Part shown: positions 46,678-60,048 of the stretch, piece after piece
Layout of the letters: the number at the start of each line of letters is the position of its first letter
How positions within the stretch are numbered: the stretch's first letter is position 1
NCBI GenBank assembly: GCA_951406725.2
Contig: OX597827.1
Coordinates: forward strand, 53,196,001 to 53,260,000
DNA length: 64,000 bases
Origin: Octopus vulgaris
Lineage: Eukaryota
Direction: 5' to 3'
Position numbers and translations under genes: made by a program
Notes under the pieces: generated by a model
Database searches by the model: none
Told to the model about the DNA's origin: nothing
What the model saw: the letters and a program-made list of their open reading frames with translations, nothing else

Positions 46678-47104
46678 CCTCTCCCTCTATCCTCCCTCCT
46701 CTTCTCCTCTCCTTCCTTCTCCCCCTTCTCTCCCCTCCTCTTCTCTTCTCCTTCCTTCTCCTCTTCTCCTCTCCTTCCTTCTCCCCCATTCCCCCTCCTC
46801 TTCTCCCCTTTCCTTCTCCCCTTTCCCTTTACTAAACTTTAAAATTTCCAAAGATGCAGGCAAACGGAAAAGGTGCAAGAGTTGGTTTAACATTCAACAG
46901 ATAATTGAATCGAAGTACTCATTAATAAATAATAAAGCTCAAGAAATTTATGTTGTTCATAAAAATAATGGTGATGATGGCAGTAAGTATGGTGTTTATG
47001 ATGGTGATACTGATGATGGTTATGATGCAGGAAATTTGTATATATATAAAAGGTAAGACGTGTGTGTACGTGAATGTAATTTATGCACATCCACAAATTA
47101 GCAC

Positions 47105-48245
47105 GCATGTTGCTCCAATTTTAGGACATTCGTCACGGCCCTAGCTGTATTTTTGTTAAATTATTTCCTCCCCCGAGGCACCAGCGAATAGCGGTAAAAA
47201 TAAATTTTCGACCATAACTTAACAATTTTCACGGCGGAGAAATCCACCATTGTTTTACAAACATGAGTTAAGTCCCCTTCTAGCGACGGTGTAAAGAGAG
47301 GGATGGAGAGGGAGAGAGATAGATTTTTAAAATTTCGTCTTTTTACTGAGTGGTTGACAGGCAAAATCAGACAGACAGGTGTTGTTATGTATGTATGTAT
47401 GTATGTATGTATGTATGTATGTATGTATGTGTGAATGGCTTCACTCTCTCTCACACACACACAAGAATGTATGCGTACAAAACACATGTATGCGTACAAA
47501 ACACATGTATGCAATGTGTGCGTGTGTGTGTTGCCCGTATATATATACATATATACACAATATAAATGACATTCTCTGTTTCTCCACAGCTAATTTCCAA
47601 ATTAGGGGAATCCGTTGCTCTACTCATAGCGATATATAGCTGGTCGTGCATGAACATGGGAGAGAGCAGAGGTTACCAGAGCAAAAGACCTACGTGTTGA
47701 CTGTAGACACGCTCCTTCGCAAACGATCAGCTATTATTTTGTAAACAATGTTTCGAAACTGTTTTCGAAAGGAGAGATCTGACTCTCACATCTCTGTGGG
47801 AGAAGGTAGGCCTCTCTTCTCTATTAAACTTACAAAACTTACGTCTGGGTGTTTACAAATTTGCATTTTGTAAACAATGTTTCGAAACTGTCAATGTTTT
47901 CGAAAGGAGAGATCTGACTCTTTTCAACCATAACGTCTACCAATTTTGATGTATTTTGTTCAAACTTGATGCCAGCATTACTTAGGACTCATGGGATCTT
48001 TGAATGCTTTAAGTTCTCCAAAAACGAAAAATAAAACAATTGGTGAGTGGAAAAAAATTGATAAATCGATTCCTTACGGGATTTCCCAATCAAATTGTCT
48101 GCAAAATTTCAGCCAAAAGTTTACCAACTTCAGCGGATTTCACTCAAATTTGACGTCGATGTTACTTAGTTTGCTTTGAAATAAAGAGCTTGATTACCTT
48201 AATAATCCTAACTTAATCCCGAGCAAAGCCGGGCTATACTGCTAG
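47105..48245 (+). mobile_element. Non-autonomous Helitron of the 8055 family, carrying an antisense helicase C-terminal fragment
   Basis: 3' hairpin cccgagcaaagccggg plus CTAG|T at 48242-48245. Both ends match the 8055-10965 element. The minus strand at 47550-47660 reads FMHDQLYIAMSR..TENVIY. Confidence 0.75.
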
Positions 48246-49296
48246 TTATAACTATAACAACAACAATGAAAATATTAATGTGCTGGTGTATCTGAGACCA
48301 TACTGTACAGTATAAAAAGGCAACATAGTGTTTTCGTTCCCGTTTTCATTCTCTCCATTTTCAAACTCTCAGTTTTCTGATTCTCTCAATCTTTACTTTT
48401 ACCCTTTCTCTTGTCTTAGCTTAGCTTCCCCTGATTTATTCAGATAAAATACTTCACTCTCCTCTTTCGCCTTTCCAACCACTCCAACAAACGGCGTCAC
48501 TCTGCTGTCTTTCTGTGCTAATGAAAATATTTTGCCACCATGGGAAATATAACTTAATTTTCGTTGTTGTTTACCCAAGGCATAATTAAGGTGGGGAGCA
48601 GGAAGAATTGTAAGCATGTGTTTATGTATGTATGTATGTATGTATGTATGTATGTATGTATGTATGTATGTATGTATGCAAGTATGTATGCACGTATATA
48701 TGTAGGTAGGTACGTATGTACGCTCATGCATGCTTGGAGACATACATGTATACATATACCCCCTCCCCACACACACACATTCTCACAACATAACACAATC
48801 TCACATCACACACACTCTCACAACACACACACGCATATATACACGTCTGATTGAGAGAACAACCGTTAGACTCTGCCAAATAAATATTATTATAAAGAAC
48901 AGTATAATGAAGACCTTATCTCTTGTTCGTATAACCGTTATATGGTACACGATGGTAGAAAGGTATTTGTTTTACATATTCAGCACTTTTAACGAACTAT
49001 GCATGCACGGAAGGAGGTGGGGGCGGATTTACTGTTCTAAGGGAGGTAAGTAAAGTTTAAAAAAAATTTCTTTATCAGGGGAGATAAGTAAAATGAAATG
49101 TCTACCTGTCCATAAGGTTTATATTAGAGAACCTTAGACTTTCGACGAGATATCCACATCAGCAAGGCAGCTGACTTCGATGTCGCTACATACTTTTTCT
49201 TGTCTGTCCCAAACTACTAGACCTGGTCTGTTATGCTGGAACAAGGTGGAAGTTTTGATGGGAATATTCTTTGTGTTGAGATCTTCTTTATCTCCG

Positions 49297-49348
<52 letters not shown>

Positions 49349-49719
49349 GATCTATCTATCTATCTATCTATCTATAGATAGATAGATAGATAGATAGATA
49401 GTAGTGTTAGAAGTGTTACCAATGGTTTCATGAGGAAAGGATTTCTACAATCTTCCAGTGATCCACATCAAAATGCTGGAAATTGCTATTACGAAATTAC
49501 CGCTTGTTTTGAAAAAAAAACAAAAAAATGAATACACAAATCAGGGGAGATAACATATAAAGCTATCTTAATTGTTATTTCCCTTGCATTTTCATTGGTT
49601 TGGATTTTTGCAAGACTTTAATTAATTGCCTTACACAAGTAACTTGGGGCATATTCATTTATACAAATAAATGTATCCATCATGCGTTTGGTTGATTGTT
49701 GATCATGTGCATCTTTATG

Positions 49720-50400
49720 AGTGCTCACTCCCATCACCATGATGTTGACTAGATGTTTGATTTTTACCACACTCGGTACATGTTTTGGGACAAGGCAAGC
49801 CAACGGTTGTTCTGCGTGTTGAATATCTGATCCTGGCAGAAATTTTTCCCGTCTGAGAAAAACCAAAGCATGTTCGGCTGGAGGAGATGCTTGAGTTTGT
49901 TCAAAAGCTTCGTAGCACGGTCTTTCCTTTTGTCCTGGGATAAAAAACTGGCCCTTTCTCATCTTGTATGAGGAATACCGAATATCCTCATGCACTACCT
50001 ACCTGATAAGCAATTCAGACACTCCCATGTCCCAGGCGATGAAGATGTCCGACTTGGAGGGATCACTGTCAATTATGCCTTGGATCTCACCAACAAATTC
50101 AGGAATTCTTTTCTTATCAGAACGATCAGAGTGAGTTTTCCGAGTTGCAGTACTTTTGTAATCACCATTAGACTTATCCAACTCTTTCCGAATCTTCTGC
50201 ACTGTCCTCAGATTGATACCCAAACATTCTGAAATGTTCGTATTGGATCTTCCGGTGCGAATGCCAAGCAGTACAACATGTCATTTCCCAATTTCTGGCA
50301 GAGTGAATTGAGTCATGGTTCTGATTTTTTTCACAGACTGTGCCCAACTGACCCTTCTATGCTGTGTAGTTGACAAAATCCAAAACAAAGAAAGTGCATG
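49720..50400 (-). mobile_element. Tc1/mariner-superfamily transposase remnant
   Basis: INLRTVQKIRK, IAWDMGVSELLIR, HEDIRYSSYKMRKGQ, WFFSDGKNF..NTQNNRW, IMVMGV. Confidence 0.75.
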
Positions 50401-50413
50401 CGAGAACTTAAAA

Positions 50414-50445
<32 letters not shown>

Positions 50446-50449
50446 TCAG

Positions 50450-50545
<96 letters not shown>

Positions 50546-50819
50546 GCGTGTGTGTGTGTGTCTCACCATCGCTTGACAACCGCTATTGGTGTATTTACGT
50601 CTCTGTAACTTAGCTGTTCGGCAAAAGTAGAAGACTGAATAAGTACCAGGCTTTAAAAAAAATAGAAAATTAAAAAAATAAGTACTAGGATCGATTCATT
50701 CGACTAAATAATCTTCAAACTTCAAGGTTGTGTCCCAGCACGCCCGCAGTCTAACGAACGAAACAAGTATAAGAATAAAAGAATCTTTATACTTTTACAC
50801 AGATTAGATAATGTGGAGA

Positions 50820-51920
50820 TAATTTAGCACTACCCGCAAGATTATTGCACACATCAGCAATCAGCTATATCTTAAAGGAAGCAAAGAGGAACAATAACTC
50901 ACTTTCTGTTGAATGTTTGGATCTTGACAGGGCGTATCCAAGCGTGCCTCGCCAGCCATAATGCTTTGGTGTACCACCAAGTACCAATAGAAGTAGTCAG
51001 ACACATAATCTCCCAGATGGATTCACTAACGATGAGGGTCACCGTGGGTAATTTCACCTCTAAATGGCAGTGATTGGAAAAAAAGCATTATGCGGGGTGC
51101 ATAATTTCTGTGACACTGTTTATGGCCGCTTTGAACCAACTGCTAGAAATGGGAGGGAAGTAGTCGAAAAGTCCCGAAACTGATAGAAGCATAAGATATC
51201 ATTTTTGCAGGGCGTTCGTGGACGACGCAACGGTTATGACATCATCAATTGAAGAGACGTGGTGAGTATTGAGCTAAGTGGATAAGGTGGTCACATGTCC
51301 ATGCTTAAAGAGAAGTCTTGGAGCTTAAATATCCTTAAAACATAGCTGACAAATGACACTTTCAGCATTCAGGGCTCTAGGAATCCGACAATCCAAGAAA
51401 AAGGAGTCCGCTGCCTTGGTAAAAGTTACGACTATACAGTTAAGTATATTAGCAACTTTGAAGACGCCAAATCTCAACTAGCCAACTGGCTAAGGGTAGT
51501 TGATAAAAGCCAGCAACATGGAAGATTTTTAAGTATGGTGCTTCCAGTATGGCATCATACCCAAACTGGAATGACCATTTTTGCTTCAAGACTTTTCCAT
51601 GACTTGAATAAAGGAAATGGCAAGGCCATGCAGCAAGTTCGTGCGAAGGTGTTGCTCGTTCCCCCAAATTTCAGCTCAGTCAATCTGTGTAGCAAGACCT
51701 CTAAGCTCCGAAGCAAGAGCAATTCCTACATTGCTTCTGTCTAAGGATGAGAAAATCAGACTCACCAGCTAGGCCATAAAGTATGATTGAAAATGAAAAC
51801 CCCAGGAAGAGATGAAGGAAGTAGTGACATTTGGAAACATCAGAAGATTGTTGGAGGAGTCGGTCAAGGACGGCTAAGACTTGGCAATTACAATATCAAG
51901 AGGTGGAGGAGCACCGATAC
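50820..51920 (+). mobile_element. Hero/NeSL-like (RLE-class) non-LTR RT remnant
   Basis: CLDLDRAYPSVP, RAFVDDATV, PTIQEKGVRCLGK, WCFQYGIIPKL, VPPNFSSVNL, KHQKIVG..GRLRLG. Confidence 0.7.
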
Positions 51921-51927
51921 CAGGGAC

Positions 51928-51972
<45 letters not shown>

Positions 51973-52439
51973 AGAAATCCAATATGTAATATGCAAATAT
52001 TAGAGAATTTCAAAATTTTTGTATGGAACTTCAAACTTTTGTAACTCAACGCTGCAACGATTTGTTAGAAACCAGTCCCTTCTTTATAAGAGGATTTCTC
52101 AGTAAAATGTAATGCAAATTGGCATTATTTGCAGACATATGTTTTGAGAGTCTTTGTTTTATGACTGCTAAGCATATGTATTTTCAAGCTGCAATGACCT
52201 GTTGTTAGCTTGCTTCAGATCATATAAGCTTCGGTGGCTAACAAGAATTCATATATGATATAGTATAATATAATATAATATAATATAATATAATATAATA
52301 TAATATAATATAATATAACATAATATAATATAATATAATATATATCTAAGTGCAGGTGCGTCTGTGTGGTAAGAAACTTGTTTCCCAACCACATGGTTCC
52401 GGATTCAGTCCCACTACATGGTACCTTGGGCAAGTGTCT

Positions 52440-52960
52440 TCGAGGTCATAGATAGTGGAGGACCCGGTCTGTTGGTAGTTAGGCATGGGGTCTGAGGGCA
52501 GAGGCCAATAGAAGTGGTGTCTTGAAGACGGCGGAGAGCTTTAGCCTTGTAGAGGCCTGCGTGTCACACCACCATGGCTCCACCCTTGTCAGCTGGTTTT
52601 ATGATGATGTCTTTGCGGCGTCGGAGACATCGAAGGGTCGAGAGTTCGGCCGGGGAGATATTAAAATGTCGAGGACGCCTGCAAAAGTTAAACCACTTCA
52701 CAACACTTTGGTAGATGCTTGCAAAATGACCGACTGCTTGGAACTGGCCAGGAGCTGGCATCCAGTGGGATGGTCGGCGGCCCAGCTCGACCCATTTGAT
52801 GCAGGTGGAGTGTTGTTGAATAGTGCATATAGCCTGACGCGGCGCACAAAGCTATGGATATTAGCACGGGTCTGAAATTCGTTACTGGATGGAGTGAGGG
52901 GGATGAAGCGCAGATCCTTACTAAGAAGAGAGCGCTCCGCCTCAGACAGAGGAAGATCAG
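52440..52960 (-). mobile_element. Penelope-like (Neptune-type) RT N-terminal fragment
   Basis: NISPAELSTLRCLRRRKDIIIKPADKGGAMVV and LSEAERSLLSKDLRFIP. Confidence 0.85.
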
Positions 52961-53310
52961 AAAGAATTGTAAGAGAGAGAGAGGGAGAGAGAGAGAAAAA
53001 GAGAAAGAGAGAGAGAGAGAACGAGTGCGAGAGAGAAAAATGAGAGAGAGAAAGAGAGAGAGAGAATGAAAGATTGAGAGAGAAAGAGAGAGAGAGAGAG
53101 AGAAAGAGAAAGAGATTTCTAAATTGTTATTTCTCTTGCATTGTCTTCGATTTTTGCAAGAATTTATGTTCATTAGTTAATTGATTTCAAAAAGAGACCG
53201 AAAGAATAGGTACAAAGCGTAAAGAAGTCTTGGGGTCGATTTGTTCGACTAAAACCCTTCAAGGTGGTGCCCCAGCATGTCCGCAGTCAACGATGTGTAT
53301 GTGTGTGTGT

Positions 53311-53343
<33 letters not shown>

Positions 53344-53381
53344 TAATTATTCACGTTTTGAACATTCGTAATGATACGTAC

Positions 53382-53576
53382 CTTTTTCACATAGCACGCA
53401 CGACTGCCAGTTACATGTTAAAAGGCGAGGATCAAAGTATAGATGTGAAGGGCATATCTTTTCGTGTGCGAAAGGACCGTCTTTTCGTGGAACACACTGA
53501 ATATAAGCGTCGCATCGTACAGGATGTTGAAATATTCCTGATGTGGAATTGTCGTTCATAGATTTTCGGCAATATT
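53382..53576 (-). CDS. Gene 2 exon: chitin-binding type-2 (CBM14/peritrophin-A) domain
   Basis: ctatttcgtcaAG|..|GTACGT. YCRKSMNDNSTSGIFQHPVRCDAYIQCVPRKDGPFAHEKICPSHLYFDPRLLTCNWQSCVLCEK. 195 nt, phase 1-1. The 5' exon was not found. Confidence 0.88.
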
Positions 53577-53870
53577 CTTGACGAAATAGACAAAGAGAGA
53601 AGGTTTGTACATTAAAGATTTAGATTCGCTTGTACTATATTCATTACAAAAGGTCTGTTTACTCCCTCAAAGGATCCTCTTTAGCTGCAACTAGAGTACA
53701 GTTAGGTAAAAACAGCTTCTAATGCTAAAATACAAAGACGTTGCACACGTGAAATAACAGACACATTTGACTGATTTTTATTACATAAACATACGAAAAG
53801 AAGCATTTGCTGCCCTGAGTTACTGACACACGTCCAAACTGATATACTTTTCTCCAGATACGTGCGTGTG

Positions 53871-53963
<93 letters not shown>

Positions 53964-53987
53964 GTCTATCTATCTATATATATATAT

Positions 53988-54042
<55 letters not shown>

Positions 54043-54385
54043 TTTGAATGGATTGTTCACAGATCAGCTCCAAGTAAGTTGGCTTTTTTTGTATAGAAAA
54101 AACTGTTTGTTAAATCCTTAAAATCCTTTAAAATGTTTTAGCCCGAAGGCCGCGGCCATGCTGGGGCACCACCGCTGAATGAGCTACACTAGTTTGTGAA
54201 TCCACCTCTGATACGTGGCACTTGATCAACAAGGGAGTTCGATGCTGCTGCCCGCATCCGCGTCTCCTGTCGTGAGGTTGAAATATTTTTTTGTGAAAAA
54301 GGTGTTTAAAATCTTCAACTTTCAACCTAAATAAATCTTTTAATAGGAAATTCCTTCGGTTTTCTTTGCCACCCTCGAAACGAAA

Positions 54386-54852
54386 ATGGTTAAATCAAAG
54401 CAGGAAGCCAGCATTCCTCTCATCGACTTCCCGCGGGAAGCTAAAAAGAAAGTTGTTTCGCTTGAACGGACAGAGAAGAACGCCAGTCTGGCCGTAGAAG
54501 CGTTTTGTGAGGAAGGGTTTCCAAGCTTTCCACTAGGAACGCCACAACAAAAAGCAAATAATTCACACACATACACACACACACAAACAGATAAAATGAC
54601 AGAAGACAAAAATTTAAAAAGACGTGGGAGTGGGAGCTACAGAGATGCTGCTGCTGCTGCTATTATTGATATTGACAGGTTGAAGAAGTTTGTTACTAAG
54701 ACAGACAACATCGACGGCTCTGTTTCTACCACTACCAGCACCACCACTACCACCACCACCAGCACCACCAGCACCACCAGCACCACCAATACCAGCACCA
54801 CCAGCACCACCAGCACCACCAGCACCACCAATACCAGCACCACCAGCACCAC

Positions 54853-54906
<54 letters not shown>

Positions 54907-55134
54907 TGCCGCCGCCGCCGCTGCCGCCGCCGCCGCTGCCGCCGCCGCCGCTGCCGCCGCCGCCGCTGCCGCCGCCGCCGCTGCCGCCGCCGCCGCTGCC
55001 GCCGCCGCCGCCGCTGCCGCCGCTGCCGCCGCTGCCGCCGCTGCCGCCGCTGCCGCCGCTGCCGCCGCTGCCGCCGCTGCCGCCGCTGCCGCCGCTGCCG
55101 CCGCTGCCGCCGCTGCCGCCGCCGCCGCTACCGC

Positions 55135-55197
<63 letters not shown>

Positions 55198-55237
55198 TGC
55201 CGCCGCCGCCGCTGCTACCGCCGCCGCCGCCGCTGCT

Positions 55238-55272
<35 letters not shown>

Positions 55273-55321
55273 TGCCGCCGCTGCCGCCGCTGACGCTGCC
55301 GCCGCCACCACCACCACCACC

Positions 55322-55353
<32 letters not shown>

Positions 55354-55762
55354 CGACGACGACGACGACGAAACTATTGTAGCAAAGCCTACCACCGTCG
55401 CCTCTACTAAAGATGTTAACTCTGTCGCCAATACCAACACTACTACTACTATTACAACTTCTGCTGCTACTACTATCACCCTCTGCTACCGACCCCCCCC
55501 CACCGTCATCACCACTACTACCAGGGACAACAATAACAACAAGAACAAAACAAATTTTGCAGAGGCGTTGAAACAAAAAGAGAACTGTAGTAACTTCCCA
55601 ACACAAGAAATAAACCAAACCAAATCCATACTAACTAAACAGGGTTCAAATCTACATTTACACATCCCCAAAAACATAATAGAAAACACACACACACACA
55701 CAACCAATTGTATACAAAGCATTAAAGGCAGAAACCAAAAGGCCAGAACAAGCACCCCATAA
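54386..55762 (+). other. 458-aa ORF with poly-Thr/poly-Ala core; possibly a LINE ORF1 remnant
   Basis: The open frame extends more than 100 codons beyond the repeat on both sides. SYRDAA and NFAEALK motifs; Tx1-like ORF2 remnant downstream on the same strand. Confidence 0.35.
54727..55370. repeat. Compound trinucleotide repeat with a 450-bp (GCC/GCT)n core at 54857-55306
   Basis: (ACC/AGC)n, (GCC)n, (ACC)n, (AAC)n and (GAC)n in one register. Confidence 0.95.
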
Positions 55763-56279
55763 ATCAATTGAAAATTGCCTGCGTCCTGTATGGGCTTACA
55801 AATAGTATATAAATTGGTGGAATGTAGATTTGAACCCCTGTTTAGTTAGTAGGGATTTGGTTTGGTTTATTTCTTGTGTTCGACCCCAGGACTTATTCTC
55901 TGTAGGCCAAGTACTTATGCTATCGGTCTCTTTTGCCGAACCGCTAAGTTACGGTGACGTAAACACGCCACCATCGGTTGTCAAGCGATGTTGAGGGGGA
56001 CAAACACAGACAGAAGCATATACACACACACATACGTACATACATAGATACATACATATATATACACATAATTAAGGGATTAGCAAAAGTTGCTTCACCA
56101 CATACCGAAATTTAGAAATAGCAGTCAAAACTACTAATTCTTCTACTACAATATATCTCCACAGACAGCAATACTCGTAACTCACATAGGCAAAAAGCAG
56201 AAAAAATAACGAAACTAACTAGCTTTTAGTTAATCATGTACGCGTTTCGAGATTAGAATTGTGTAAAAATTCATTTCCT

Positions 56280-58350
56280 TCGTCCCAGTTTTGTGAGTCG
56301 AGGAGCTGTAACATTACTAAAGAAAGATCCAAACAAGGGGAACGTCATAGATAACTTCAGGCCCATCACTCTACTTAATGCAGATTTGAAAATTTTGACC
56401 AAAGTATTAGCAGGGAGGTTGGCGCTTGTCATCGAGAAACTGGTCGACAAGGTGCAAACATGCGCCGTGCCGGGCCGGAGCATCATTGACAGGGTAGTTA
56501 AGGAACCTGGTATGGGAGGGGGCGCTGATCAATTTGGATCAATCAAAAGCTTTCGATAGGGTCGACCATTGATACTTAGAGGCTGTATTCGTAGAGGCTG
56601 GATTCGGTCCTGTTTTCCACGGTTGGATTGCTGCCTTATACAGCGGCATCTGTTCAGTAGTTCGCGCGAATGGGCATCTATCCAGACCATTTGATATTGC
56701 ACGTTCGGTCCGTCAGGGATGCCCCCTCTCGTCGCTTTTGTACGTATTGACTCCAGAGCCACTACTGCGTAAGCTGGTGACGCTGAGAGGCATCCCGCGA
56801 GAATTGCGATGTGGGACGAGCGTGCCTGCGAACGCAGACGACGTCACCGTCATAGTGTCTAGCTACGGCCATATCGATCAGGTCGGCGAGAGACTAAAAG
56901 AATACAAAGCTGTAACGGGAGCGAAAATTAACCAGGAAAACTCAGTGGGCTTGCGGCTCACAACCTAGAGAAGGAAGCCTATGCCGCCCAACACCGTCTT
57001 TGCCTTTGGACGCTGGACCGATTAAATTGCTCGGGGTCTGGTTCGGTCCGGACCTCCAAATGGAGAAGAACTGGAACGAGAGAACGAGTAGGGTGGCAAC
57101 TCTTACCCAGTAATGGGCCGAGAGGAAGCTATCCCTAAAAGGTTGGGCGGAGGTGGCGAACGTGTACATCGCGTCCGTCATCTGGTACCGCTTGACCGTC
57201 GTGCCTGGTCTCGGTCCTACCATAACCAAACTGGAAAACATCCTCCTTCGTTTCTTGTGGAAAGGGTGTGTTACGATGTTCAGGTGATCCGTTTGCTCTC
57301 AATCCCCGTTAAAAAGAGGCCTGGGCATGCTGTGGCAATGATGCGCAGACATGCGCTGAGACTGCAACATCTCCGGCGCTTCATAGACAACGGTGAACAG
57401 GTGTGTTCACCGTTTGTGAGGCGCGCTTTCCTGCAGCTCGTCTCTTTGACCGAACTGCAATCGTGGATTAAAAAGGGACCGAGGAAAGGCGAATGGTATC
57501 GCGAGTGTCGCGTTGCCCTCAAGTAACTCTGCCGTTCCGGATCGAACTTGCAAGACTGCAATACCACTAAAGCATTCTAAAGAGGATTAGTGGAGGGGAG
57601 GTATGACAACGATCTTAGGGAGAACCTGGGCGTCGACGAGGAATACCTGACCCGCCTGTTCAGGACAACTTTCGGACCGGGATCTATGGACAACTTCCAG
57701 AGATCCCTGGCCTGGCAGTGCTATCGAGAAGCACTACCCGTTCGAGATAAGCTCTACAGCCATGGCTCTAGAAACACCGGGCCGATCTGCCCGAAATGCG
57801 GTAAGAGCAACGAAACCGTTTTGCACGCACTCGTGCAGTGTCAAACCATTTCCGACAACTGTTGTCGCGTATGGGACGAGTTGGTCCCATCAGCAGAGTC
57901 TATCCTTAATATTGCTCCCGCCTCCTTCCGTCAAAAGGGATGGAAGAGCTGTTTTCATTGTACTAGTAGCTATGGCGAAAGAATGTGCATGGTGGACGCG
58001 TCTGAAAAGCCTAGAAACAAACACTTTCCTCTCTGGTCAATCACTCATCAACTTTTTCAAGTATCACTTGAAAAGGAAGGTGAGAGTAGAGAGGGAAGTG
58101 TAGTCTAGTGAATATTTCACCAAAATATGGATGAATTTAGCAAGGATGGCACGTGTGACTGACGGAGCCAACTCGAGCATAATCCTATGAACCAGAGAGA
58201 AAGAGTAGGGTGGCCACTTTTACCCAGCAATGGGCCGAGAAAAAGCTACCCCTAAAAGGTTGACCGTCCGGCATCAAACTTGTGCGACTTCAATTCCACA
58301 AAGGCGTTCTATAGAGGATTAGTGGAAGGGAGGTGCGATGACGTTCTTGC
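56280..58350 (+). mobile_element. L1/Tx1-like LINE ORF2 remnant
   Basis: NFRPITLLNADLKILTK, DQSKAFDRV, VRQGCPLS, NADDVT, and zinc finger CPKCGKSNETVLHALVQC. Confidence 0.88.
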
Positions 58351-58791
58351 AACCATACTCCCCTCTCCCCGGAATCGACTATTACATCTGTTTACTGGTA
58401 ACAGACAATAAGTATTACTATTTAGGAAGTGCAGAAGTCAACATCCCTCCGTATCCTAAAGAACTACAAGGGTCTGATACGCAGATATGAAACAATCTAA
58501 ATAAAAATAGCAAGTCAGAGCATAGTCGTGTTTACAATACACGCACGCACACACGTGCGCGCGCGCACACGCAGAAGGTTTGATTTGGTGAAGAGAACTA
58601 CGACAGGAAAACCATGGGGAAGGTAAAATTTCCAGTATTTATTGCTAATGGTGCGAATGAATTGCTTTCGCTGTGTATCGTTCTTGTATTTTTATTAATT
58701 TATTTTGTTAAAAAAATAATAACGAGCGTTTGCTTATGGCCTTCACAAACCCTGAAAAACTGTTGAGATTGAGCCATTAACGTTAACGTTC

Positions 58792-59124
58792 ATGTGAGGG
58801 CGCGTGGCTTAGTGGTTAGGGCATTCGGCTCATGATCGTAAGGTTGTGAGTTCGATTCCCGGCGACGCGTTGTGTCCTTGAGCAAGACACTTTATTTCAC
58901 GTTGCTCCAATCCACTCAGCTGGCAAAAATGAGTTGTACTTGTATTTCAAAGGGTCAGCCTTGTCACTCTCTGTGTCACGCTGATTATCCCCGAGAACTA
59001 CGTTAAGGGTACACGTGTCTGTGGAATGCTCAGCCATTTGCACGTTAATTTCACGAGCAAGCTGTTCCGTTGATCGTATCAGCTGGGACCCTCGTCGTCG
59101 TAACCGGCGGAGTCTTTTTTTTAA
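58792..59124 (+). mobile_element. Full-length tRNA-derived SINE with 13-bp TSD
   Basis: A box (tggcttagtgg) and B box (gttcgattccc), T-tract end, TSD AACGTTAACGTTC at 58779-58791 and 59125-59137. Confidence 0.88.
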
Positions 59125-59142
59125 AACGTTAACGTTCTACAT

Positions 59143-59482
59143 CAGTGGTTTTCAACCGAGGTCCGTATGATCCCTGAAGTCCATATAAGAGTTTTAGGGG
59201 CCCATAGAAACAAGATAGAAAATTTAGGACTGACAATAATTTATCAAGGGTTCATAAAAAAAATTCTGGCTGAGATTCATGTATTGTAAGAAAAAAACTG
59301 GATTTCTTTGTCTAACATTTTACACAGTTCAGCCTACACAAGTTAATATGTGAAAAACAAAACAGGAATTTTGAAAAAATTTCTATAAAACTAGTTTTTA
59401 TACATCGAATGGCTATGGGGGTCCACTAGAATAAAATAATAATCAAAGAGGTTCATAGATAAAAAATGTTTGAGAACACCTG
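59143..59482. mobile_element. hAT MITE
   Basis: CAGTGGTTTTCAA..TTGAGAACACCTG ends; 8-bp TSD TTCTACAT/TTCTATAT. Confidence 0.8.
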
Positions 59483-59764
59483 TTCTATATAGATTGTCGT
59501 ATGTCGACGATTGGAGGAGGGTAACGTACTAGGTGGAAATTCTAGGGTGTCGGTATTTTAGTAAGGAAAATCTGAGTATATTGGTTAGTGCAGTGCATAG
59601 AGAGCTACTCAAGTTATGCATGGAAAGAGGAGAGGGGAAGGTGATGGGGAGGAGGAGGAGGAGGAGAGAAAATGGAGTGGAAAGAGGTGGCATGAGAGCA
59701 GCGATCTCCGTGGTATTTAAAGCCTTGGGATCAGGCTCGAACTCTGATGTTATATATATATATG

Positions 59765-59828
<64 letters not shown>

Positions 59829-60048
59829 CATATATATATATATATGTATGTATGTATGTATACAAAATAAGAAAATGGAGGAATAGATTTCTTTCAATCA
59901 TCAACTACCAGATAATACCAATTCATATAATTTATTAACTAATTATTTAGATTAAATAAGAACATCCAAATCCAACAGAATAATACAGAATAAAACAATA
60001 TACATCAATAAGTAAGATAATACCATAAGAATAATACATATAAAATGG

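Noticed and set aside
58359-58496. Minus-strand segment with acceptor and GTATGG donor as the 5' exon of gene 2
   Set aside because: All frames contain stops and no ATG-initiated signal peptide reaches the donor; at most a UTR exon.
58798-58870. tRNA-like sequence
   Set aside because: It is the head of a SINE with body, tail and TSD, not a standalone tRNA gene.
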